From Zymomonas mobilis subsp. mobilis ATCC 10988 (GTDB lineage Bacteria > Pseudomonadota > Alphaproteobacteria > Sphingomonadales > Sphingomonadaceae), in the NCBI RefSeq assembly GCF_000175255.2, contig NC_017262.1, forward strand, positions 930,001 through 962,000: a DNA stretch of 32,000 nucleotides, given 5' to 3'. This document shows, piece by piece, positions 10,875 to 18,900 of the stretch (the first letter of the stretch is position 1; every line of letters begins with the position of its first letter). The notes below the pieces were generated by a model, which worked only from the letters and a program-made list of their open reading frames with translations, searched no databases and was not told where the DNA came from. Position numbers and translations under genes: made by a program.

Positions 10875-11150
10875 TTAGGCGTTCAAACGATCTTTAACAG
10901 CCTTGGCTGAAGTAAAGGTCAGACGATTTGAAGCCGGAATTTCGATTTCCTGTAAGGTTGCCGGATTGTGGCCTTTACGGGCAGCACTATGCTTTACCTT
11001 GAATTTGCCGAAGCCGTTCAGGGCAATTTCTTCTCCAGCGACAGCAGCGTCAACAATGGTAGAAAAAACGGCATCTACAAGCTTCTTGGCATCCGTTTTG
11101 GTGAGGCCCTGACCGGAGGCAATCCGGTCAACCAGATCGTTGCTGTTCAT
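10875..11150 (-). CDS. hup: HU-family nucleoid-associated DNA-binding protein
   Basis: The ORF is 91 aa. HU signature segments are GFGKFKVKHSAARKGHNPATLQEIEIPASNRLTF and an N-terminal MNSNDLVDRIA-type helix. Confidence 0.92.
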   Translation of the reverse strand: MNSNDLVDRIASGQGLTKTDAKKLVDAVFSTIVDAAVAGEEIALNGFGKFKVKHSAARKGHNPATLQEIEIPASNRLTFTSAKAVKDRLNA

Positions 11151-11620
11151 GTCGTGATCCTATGGCATTAATAAATAGAAAAATTTTTAAGATTCATTCC
11201 TGTCAGAAATGAATCCCGGCGGTGGTCGCTACATTAAGAAAGATGGGAGCCTTGTCTATAATCTTAATTCCGGCATCCTGTCCTTCCTTTGAGCAACTAG
11301 ACGAGCGGGGATCGCAGCGTCTTAAGCTGGTGACTCTTATATTCCCTGACAAAAATGGCAATATTGCCCAAAGCGCTTATTCGCCAGATGCTGCAAGAAA
11401 AAATGAATTTTTCCTCCGAATTTAACAATTTTCTCATGTTTTTATCGGAAAGCGTGATTTTTAAGCCATTTTTTCGATTTATAGGCCGATAGGCTGATTC
11501 TATGATTTTGAGAAGAAAAGTAGGAAATATTCTGCTTTTAGCGCTTCATTGAGAGCGGAATCTCCATAGGAATGAGCGTGTCTTGAGATTGTTAATCTCT
11601 CTTAACTGGGCGCTCAGCGA

Positions 11621-11647
11621 TTGCGATTTATTATTATCTCCCCATAT
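11621..11647 (+). promoter_or_regulatory. Candidate sigma32 (heat-shock) promoter for hslVU
   Basis: TTGCGA (11621-11626), a 13-nt spacer and CCCCATAT (11640-11647) match the E. coli-type sigma32 pattern TTGAAA-N13/14-CCCCATNT. The element lies about 38 nt upstream of the hslV start. hslVU is a classical heat-shock operon. Confidence 0.45.
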
Positions 11648-11684
11648 TGTTTTCTAAAAGTTTAAGTCTTCAAGGGATTGGGTG

Positions 11685-12239
11685 ATGAGTGAAGATAAAA
11701 TAGGCTGGCATGGCACAACGATCCTTTCTGTCAGACGGAATGGACGTGTTGTCATTGCTGGTGATGGTCAGGTTTCGATGGGCAATACGGTGATGAAGCC
11801 GAATGCCCGAAAAGTACGCCGCTTGGGAGATGGCTCTGTTATTGGCGGCTTTGCTGGCGCCACGGCGGATGCTTTTACATTATTCGAGCGACTTGAAGCC
11901 AAGCTGGAACGTCATAATGGGCAGCTTTTACGGGCTGCTGTTGAATTGGCTAAAGACTGGCGCACCGATAAATATCTACGGAATCTTGAAGCTTTAATGA
12001 TTGTGGCTGATGATCAGGTGACATTGGTATTAACAGGCAATGGGGATGTCTTAGAACCTGTTGGCGGTATTGCTGCTATTGGGTCTGGAGGTAACTTTGC
12101 ATTGTCTGCCGCGCGGGCTCTTGTTGATTACGAAGAAGATGCCGAAGTCATTGCTCGTAAGGCTCTGGCGGTCGCTGCCGATATCTGTGTCTTCACCAAT
12201 GATCAGGTGACCATTGAGACGCTTGAAAGTCGAGTTTAA
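11685..12239 (+). CDS. hslV: ATP-dependent protease subunit HslV (proteasome-like Thr peptidase)
   Basis: [22 protein letters not shown] carries the nucleophile Thr after a short propeptide, and [14 protein letters not shown] is conserved. ATG 11685 is adjacent to GTG 11682. Confidence 0.96.
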   Translation: MSEDKIGWHGTTILSVRRNGRVVIAGDGQVSMGNTVMKPNARKVRRLGDGSVIGGFAGATADAFTLFERLEAKLERHNGQLLRAAVELAKDWRTDKYLRNLEALMIVADDQVTLVLTGNGDVLEPVGGIAAIGSGGNFALSAARALVDYEEDAEVIARKALAVAADICVFTNDQVTIETLESRV

Positions 12240-12263
12240 TTCTTCTTGCTGGAAAAAGATTGT

Positions 12264-13556
12264 ATGACTGATGCCCTTACGCCCAAAGCCATTGTTGAGG
12301 CTTTGGATGCCCATATTGTCGGACAAAAAGAAGCAAAACGTGCTGTTGCTGTCGCTATGCGGAATCGTTGGCGGCGACAAAATTTGCCCGAGCATTTGAA
12401 GGATGAAGTTAATCCTAAAAATATCTTGATGATAGGCCCCACGGGCTGCGGTAAAACCGAGATTAGTCGTCGTTTAGCTAAGTTGGCAAATGCGCCTTTT
12501 ATTAAAGTTGAGGCGACTAAATTTACCGAAGTTGGTTATGTCGGCCGCGATGTTGAGCAGATTGGTCGTGATCTGGTCGAAGAAGCCGTCCGGTTGGAGC
12601 GCGAGAAACAGCGCGCTTTAGTGCGTGAAAAAGCAGAGCAAGCGGCAATGGAGCGCTTGTTGGAGGCTTTGGTCGGTAAGGATGCCAGTGAAGCTACACG
12701 TGAGACTTTCCGTCAGCGCTTTTTAGATGGGCATCTTGACGAAAGAGAAGTCGAACTTGAGCTGGAAGAAGCCCCCTCTATGCCGGTGGAAATTCCAGGT
12801 ATGGGCGGACAAGTCGGCATGATTAGTCTGAGTGATATGTTGGGGAAGGGACATCGCACAAAGCGTCAGCGTTTGCCTGTTCGTCAAGCATGGCGTCGTT
12901 TGATTGACGAAGAAGCCGATCGCCGTCTTGATAAGGATGAAATTGGCCGGATCGCTTTGTCGAATGCCGAGGCAAATGGTATCGTCTTTTTGGATGAAGT
13001 CGATAAAATTGCGGTAAGCGATGTTCGAGGGGGCTCTGTTTCGCGTGAAGGCGTGCAGCGCGATCTTTTGCCTTTGTTGGAAGGCACAACAGTTACGACA
13101 AAATATGGCCCGATGAAAACCGACCATGTTCTGTTTATTGCATCTGGTGCTTTCCACGTTGCAAAGCCTTCGGATCTTTTGCCGGAATTACAGGGGCGTC
13201 TGCCTATTCGTGTTGAATTGTCTGCTTTGACAGAAGATGATTTTATCCGCATTCTTTCTTCGACCCGAGCGTCTTTGGTCGAACAATATAGAGCCTTGAT
13301 TGGCACCGAAAATGTTGTTCTTCATTTTGAAGAAGATGGTATCCGCCAGCTGGCGCATATCGCGGCCGAGGTAAATAGCGAGGTCGAGAATATTGGGGCT
13401 CGTCGTTTATCAACAGTAATGGAAAAACTGTTAGAGGATATCAGCTTTAATGCTGAGGATATGCGCGGTGAAGAAATAAAAATAGACAAGAAATATGTCG
13501 ATGAAAAATTATCTGGCATCGCCAAAAATTCTGACTTGAGTAAATATATTCTCTAA
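12264..13556 (+). CDS. hslU: ATP-dependent protease ATPase subunit HslU (AAA+)
   Basis: The N-terminus is [34 protein letters not shown]. The Walker A is [15 protein letters not shown], the Walker B is [10 protein letters not shown], and the C-terminus is DLSKYIL. The likely start is ATG 12264; the track uses TTG 12246. Confidence 0.97.
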   Translation: MTDALTPKAIVEALDAHIVGQKEAKRAVAVAMRNRWRRQNLPEHLKDEVNPKNILMIGPTGCGKTEISRRLAKLANAPFIKVEATKFTEVGYVGRDVEQIGRDLVEEAVRLEREKQRALVREKAEQAAMERLLEALVGKDASEATRETFRQRFLDGHLDEREVELELEEAPSMPVEIPGMGGQVGMISLSDMLGKGHRTKRQRLPVRQAWRRLIDEEADRRLDKDEIGRIALSNAEANGIVFLDEVDKIAVSDVRGGSVSREGVQRDLLPLLEGTTVTTKYGPMKTDHVLFIASGAFHVAKPSDLLPELQGRLPIRVELSALTEDDFIRILSSTRASLVEQYRALIGTENVVLHFEEDGIRQLAHIAAEVNSEVENIGARRLSTVMEKLLEDISFNAEDMRGEEIKIDKKYVDEKLSGIAKNSDLSKYIL

Positions 13557-13841
13557 AATTCAAACAAATTTGAGGGCTTGCTTATTGTAAAAGTGAGCCC
13601 CCAATTTTGTATTTTAAATTTACTTTATTTTTGTAAGTTATTGGTTTTGAGTGACCTGCCTGTTATATTTTTGCCGATAATCAGGGTTCATCTTGCCCTT
13701 GATCGGCCAGAAAGCTATATACCCCTTGACTTTTCCCTGCTTTTAGGGGCAGTAAGCCAACTTTACAGGTGATCGGCAGCTATGTCTGGCGCCTGATGCG
13801 ATTAGCATTTTTTTCTAGAATTAGGTGCAAAAGGTTTCACT

Positions 13842-14009
13842 ATGGCTAAGCCGACTACAGTTAAGATTCGTCTCGTTAGTTCTGCAGACACCGGATTTTT
13901 CTATGTTACCCGCAAAAATCCGCGGAACCAGACCGAAAAAATGAGCCTTCGTAAATATGATCCGGTTGTCCGGAAGCATGTCGAATTCAAAGAAGCTAAA
14001 ATTAAATAA
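13842..14009 (+). CDS. rpmG: 50S ribosomal protein L33
   Basis: I translated this ORF by hand. The product is [55 protein letters not shown] (55 aa), with TAA at 14007-14009. It is below the size cutoff of the ORF track. Confidence 0.95.
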   Translation: MAKPTTVKIRLVSSADTGFFYVTRKNPRNQTEKMSLRKYDPVVRKHVEFKEAKIK

Positions 14010-14043
14010 TTTTTTAAAGCGCTTCTTTAGAAATTCCCAGATA

Positions 14044-14120
14044 AACCGGGCCTGCCTTTTGGCAGCTATTCTGCGGTGACCCGCTCGTGGTTGGCAGGGT
14101 AGGCCGGTTTTCTGTCTTTT
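14044..14120. terminator. Structured region between convergent rpmG and the response-regulator gene, a probable terminator
   Basis: ACCGGGCCTGCC (14045-14056) pairs imperfectly with GGCAGGGTAGGCCGGT (14093-14108). This encloses a small CTGCC-TTTT-GGCAG hairpin. TTTTCTGTCTTTT follows on the plus strand. Confidence 0.35.
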
Positions 14121-14124
14121 ACGA

Positions 14125-14496
14125 TCAGATCAAAGTTTTTACGGCTTCAAGAAATCGAACTACAGAAATCGGTTTCGCGATATAACCGGTTGCCCCAGCC
14201 TGACGGATTTTTTGTTCATCCTCTGGTGCGGCATAGGCCGTGACTGCCATAATCGGTATATGGCATAATTCTTTTGTCTTTCGAATCTGCCCGATCAGCT
14301 CTAGCCCACTAATATGGGGTAGTTGAATATCCATAATAATAAGATCTGGCATAAAACTGTGAGCGCGAGCTATCATGCCTCGCCCGTCTCTTACAGGCTC
14401 TACGTCAAAATGATGCGCGCGCAATAGATCACAAAAGAGTTTTAAGTTTAATTCATTGTCTTCAACTATCAAAATACGCGAAGCCATTATTCGCAT
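14125..14496 (-). CDS. divK: Single-domain (receiver-only) response regulator, DivK-like
   Basis: The ORF is 123 aa and consists of a REC domain only. It contains LIVEDNELNLKLFCDLL, PDLIIMDIQLPHISGLE (phospho-acceptor Asp), IPIMAVTAYA and YIAKPISVVRFLEAV. These closely resemble my recollection of Caulobacter DivK. An alternative start is ATG 14487. Confidence 0.75.
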   Translation of the reverse strand: MRIMASRILIVEDNELNLKLFCDLLRAHHFDVEPVRDGRGMIARAHSFMPDLIIMDIQLPHISGLELIGQIRKTKELCHIPIMAVTAYAAPEDEQKIRQAGATGYIAKPISVVRFLEAVKTLI

Positions 14497-14658
14497 CCAT
14501 TCTTTTCTGATTATAGCGCCAGTTTAGACCAAAAAAATCTATCAAATCTAACGATAATTTATGTGTTTGTTCAGTTTGTTGATAAAAACGGATTGTTTTT
14601 AAATGAACTGTGCTTTCGGGGCTTGACCTTTACCCCCTATAAGACAAAAATCTTTTCC

Positions 14659-15117
14659 ATGACTATTGAAACCAGACTTGCCGAACTTGGCATCCTTCTC
14701 CCTGAAGCGGCAGCCCCTGTTGCAGCTTATGCTCCTACAGTGTTGGCGGGTAACTTGCTTCATATCTCTGGCCAGCTTCCTTTCCTTGAAGGTCAGCTAA
14801 TGACAGGCCGCCTCGGTGAAGACCGTGATGAAGCTTACGGTTTTAGAGCTGCCGAACGCTGTGCCATTATGCTTATGGCTCAGATGAAAGCTGCCCTTAC
14901 CAGTCTTGATCGGGTCGAAAAAATTATAAAGCTGAATGCTTTTGTAAATTCAGCACCTTCCTTTACGCGGCAGGCGCAAGTCGTGAATGGCGCCTCTGAA
15001 CTTTTGGCGAAAGTCTTTGGCGATGCTGGTGTTCACGCCCGCAGTGCTGTCGGCGTGGCTGTTTTACCGTTAAATGCTCCTGTTGAAATTGATGCGGTTG
15101 TAGCTGTTCGACCGTAG
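14659..15117 (+). CDS. RidA/YjgF/Endoribonuclease L-PSP family protein
   Basis: ATG 14659 gives about 152 aa. Family-typical segments are GNLLHISGQLP, KLNAFVNS and ARSAVGVAVLPLNAPVEIDAVV. The longer GTG-initiated form in the track (14563) is unlikely. Confidence 0.8.
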   Translation: MTIETRLAELGILLPEAAAPVAAYAPTVLAGNLLHISGQLPFLEGQLMTGRLGEDRDEAYGFRAAERCAIMLMAQMKAALTSLDRVEKIIKLNAFVNSAPSFTRQAQVVNGASELLAKVFGDAGVHARSAVGVAVLPLNAPVEIDAVVAVRP

Positions 15118-15140
15118 ATTAAAGTAATGTGAAATGACAA

Positions 15141-15179
15141 AGGCAGGTTGGAGAATTTAGGCTCCCACCTGCCTTTTTT
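15141..15179 (+). terminator. Rho-independent terminator after the RidA-family gene, isolating it from the T1SS operon
   Basis: AGGCAGGTTGGA (15141-15152) pairs with TCCCACCTGCCT (15162-15173) with one mismatch. TTTTTT follows at 15174-15179. Confidence 0.75.
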
Positions 15180-15316
15180 ACAATGATAGCTTTTTTGAAA
15201 GCTAATAACTCTGTTTTGAATGTCTTATTGGCAAGAGATTTGGTATAAATTTCTGTAAATCGTTAAAAATAAAAGATAAAAAATATTATATTTATATTCA
15301 AAATAGTTGTTTTTTT

Positions 15317-15345
15317 ATTACAAAGCACAATGAATTTATTATAAT
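15317..15345 (+). promoter_or_regulatory. Candidate sigma70-type promoter for the adhesin/T1SS operon
   Basis: The element is ATTACA (15317-15322), a 17-nt spacer and TATAAT (15340-15345), about 120 nt upstream of ATG 15466. The region is ~17% GC, so chance matches are likely. Confidence 0.25.
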
Positions 15346-15465
15346 TTGTATAAGACTGCACAAAATATACCCTAAGATTTGCGAGATAGGGGCATTAGTA
15401 ACTGGTAAAATAATACCTCTGCTTCTGCTTTATTTTAAATCCTAAAATCTGATGCAGGTATATTT

Positions 15466-15915
15466 ATGGCCTCCAGCCTGACGATCACTAAAAAACGCGG
15501 TAACCATAAAGCATTTTCTACTGAAGAAAATCATATTTCTCTACAGCACCCTTCTGTTGTTCAGGTGAATGCTTACCGTTCTCAAGTGCGGTCTCTATCA
15601 AGACAGGGAGATACACTACTCGTCCAGCTGAATGATGGTCGCCAGTATCAGTTTGATAATTTTTTTGTCGATGATGACAAGCATTTACATAGTGACCTTG
15701 TTCTGCGTGATGAAGATCAGAAAGAGGCATGGTGGCATGCTGAAATGCCAGATGCCTCTCATCCTAATCTAGCTGGCGCTGATGTCGGTTATAGTCAGGT
15801 CGAGACCATTAAGCCGTTACTTATTTACCATGATAATGGTTTGTTGGTGCCTTTGCTCGCAGGTTTATTGGGGGCGGGGGCTGCTGGTGGTGCCGCAGCT
15901 GCTTTGACTGGTGGA
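15466..15915 (+). other. N-terminal retention-module-like domain plus Gly/Ala-rich hydrophobic linker of the adhesin
   Basis: SLSRQGDTLLVQLNDGRQYQFDNFFVDDDKHLHSDLVLRDED resembles the BapA/LapA prefix domain. It is followed by LLVPLLAGLLGAGAAGGAAAALTGG, encoded at 15841-15915. Confidence 0.6.
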
Positions 15916-18900
15916 CACAGCCATAAAGATAATAACAACAATTCAGATCTTTCTATTCCTTCTGTGGATAGTGTTACAACGGACCCGACAACAGGTGAAG
16001 TCACTGTCAATGGTACGGCTCAGCCAGGCCAAACCGTTAATGTTACCTTCCCAGATGGCACGGTCGCGCAAACAACGGCTGATAGTAAAGGTGATTATCA
16101 TGCAACGTCCACGACGCCTCAGGCGACTGGACAGATCGCGGTTACTTCCTCTGATAGCTCAAGCAATGTAAGTAACCCTGTTACGCATGATTATACTGAT
16201 ATAACGCCCGCTATTGTTATCACTAGTGATGCCGGTAACACTGTGCAGGCGGGGCCTGTTACATATACTTTTACACTTTCTGAAGCCTCTAAAGATTTTA
16301 CGACAGCGAGTGTGACGGTAACCGGCGGTCAAAAGGGCGAGCTGGTACAGGATTCTAGTAATCCATTAGTATATCATATGACGGTCACGCCAGATGCTGG
16401 GAAAGGCGGCACTATTACTGTCGTTGTCCCCGCCGGTTCGGTGCACGATTTATCAGGAAGCACGACTACCGCAGATGCAGTGGCTACACCTGTGGCTTAT
16501 GACACGACACCAGCGGGTAATCCGGTGGTGACGGTGACAAGTGATAGTGACGGCCAGACGGCGACCGGTCCAGTCACCTATAGCTTCAAATTGTCAGAAC
16601 CGGTGAGCGATCTGACCTCCGATAGTGTGACGGTGACGGGCGGCAGCAAGGGTGCATTGGTTCAAGATAGCACTGACCCGTTGGTCTATCATATGGTGGT
16701 CACGCCAGATGGTAGCAAAGGCGGCTCGATCACTGCGACGATAGCGAGTGGCAGCCTGCATGACTTGGCGGGTAACCCGACCTTGTCGGATGCCACGGAT
16801 ACGGTGGCTTATGATACGACGCCAGCGGGTAATCCGGTGGTGACGGTGACAAGTGACAGTGACGGCCAGACAGCGACGGGTCCAGTCACCTATAGCTTCA
16901 AATTGTCAGAACCTGTGAGCGATCTGACCGCAGATAGTGTGACGGTGACGGGTGGCAGCAAGGGTGCATTGGTTCAAGATAGCACTGACCCGCTGGTCTA
17001 TCATATGGTGGTCACGCCAGATGGTAGCAAAGGCGGCTCGATCACCGCGACGATAGCGAGTGGTAGCCTGCATGACTTGGCGGGTAACCCGACCTTGTCG
17101 GATGCCACGGATACGGTGGCTTATGACACGACGCCAGCGGGTAATCCGGTGGTGACGGTGACAAGTGACAGTGACGGCCAGACAGCGACGGGCCCAGTCA
17201 CCTATAGCTTTAAATTGTCAGAACCTGTGAGCGATCTGACCGCAGATAGTGTGACGGTGACGGGCGGCAGCAAGGGTGCATTGGTTCAAGATACGACTGA
17301 CCCGCTGGTCTATCATATGGTGGTCACGCCAGATGGTAGCAAAGGCGGCACGGTCACCGCGACGATAGCGAGCGGTAGCCTGCATGACTTGGCGGGTAAC
17401 CCGACCTTGTCGGATGCCACGGATACGGTGGCTTATGATACGACACCAGCGGGTAATCCGGTGGTGACGGTGACAAGTGACAGTGACGGCCAGACGGCAA
17501 CGGGCCCAGTCACCTATAGCTTTAAATTGTCAGAACCTGTGAGCGATCTGACCTCAGATAGTGTGACGGTGACGGGCGGCAGCAAGGGTGCATTGGTTCA
17601 AGATAGCACTGACCCGCTGGTCTATCATATGGTGGTTACGCCAGATGGTAGCAAAGGGGGCACGGTCACCGCGACGATAGCGAGTGGCAGCCTGCATGAT
17701 TTGGCGGGTAACCCGACCTTGTCGGATGCCACGGATACGGTGGCTTATGATACGACACCAGCGGGTAATCCGGTGGTGACGGTGACAAGTGACAGTGACG
17801 GCCAGACAGCGACGGGTCCAGTCACCTATAGCTTCAAATTGTCAGAACCTGTGAGCGATCTGACCGCAGATAGTGTGACGGTGACAGGCGGCAGCAAGGG
17901 TGCATTAGTCCAAGATACCACTGACCCGCTGGTCTATCATATGGTGGTTACGCCTGAAACAGGGACAGGTGGAACCGTTTCTGTCACTGTTCCCAAGGGG
18001 GCTATACACGATCTTGCAGGCAATCCAACTCTGTCGGATGCAACCGATAATGTGGCCTATGACATGACACCGGCGGGTAATCCGACTTTGTCAGTTACAA
18101 GTACTCATGATGGCGTTGCCGCTACCAACACACCAGTCACTTTTGGCTTTATTGCATCTGAGCCTTTGAAAGGTTTTTCTGCCGACAATATTGAGGTTAC
18201 AGGTGGGACGAAAGGTGAGTTGACCAGTTCACCTGACCATCCCCTTATGTATTTTTTAACGGTAACACCGAATCCCAACAGTTCTGGCGAGATCAGTATT
18301 AAGGTGCCTGCTGGTGCTGTATTCGATATGGCGGGTAACCCCAATCTTTCGAGTGTAAATGACACCGTTCTTTATGATACGATTCCTCCGACAGTAACCA
18401 TTAGCGATGATAGCAATGGTAAGACGGTAAATGGCGCGGTTCATTATACCTTTACAGCATCAGAGCCTTTGTTAGCGTTCGCGGCTGATAATATTGAAGT
18501 TACAGGAGGAACGAAGGGAGATTTAGTTCAAGATAGCTCCAATCCTTTGGTCTATCATATGACCGTCACCCCTAATTCAGCCAGTGGCGGATCTATAGAT
18601 GTCAAAATTCCTGCCGGTTCTGTTCATGATCTAGCCGGTAATCCGACAGCATCGGATGTAAGTGATACGGTTGCTTATGATACAACCAATATTGACAGTC
18701 CGGTCGTTACGATAACGAGCGATAGTGATGGGAAAGCTACGGCTGAACCTGTGACTTTTAAATTTACACTATCGGAACCTCTAAGCGACTTTAATGCCGA
18801 TAGCGTAACTGTATCCGGTGGCACAAAGGGTAACTTGATTCAGGATACCAGTAATCCACTCGTTTATTATATGACAGTGACCCCGAAGGTAACTGTTAGT

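Noticed and set aside
11222-11425. A 67-aa plus-strand ORF in the HU-hslV intergenic region
   Set aside because: It has a GTG start, no RBS and no motif. The region is more plausibly the divergent promoter and 5'UTR space, and it includes an 8-bp-stem inverted repeat (11191-11215) in the HU leader.
13578-13772. A 64-aa hydrophobic ORF between hslU and rpmG
   Set aside because: Its Leu/Phe/Ile-rich sequence derives from AT-rich intergenic DNA. It has a non-ATG start and no RBS. The real small gene in this gap is rpmG at 13842-14009.
16495-18054. The regularly spaced repeats could be read as a CRISPR array or a minisatellite
   Set aside because: The units are 312 nt and directly abutting with no spacers. 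They are in frame and encode a complete Ig-like domain each within one uninterrupted 8.6-kb ORF.
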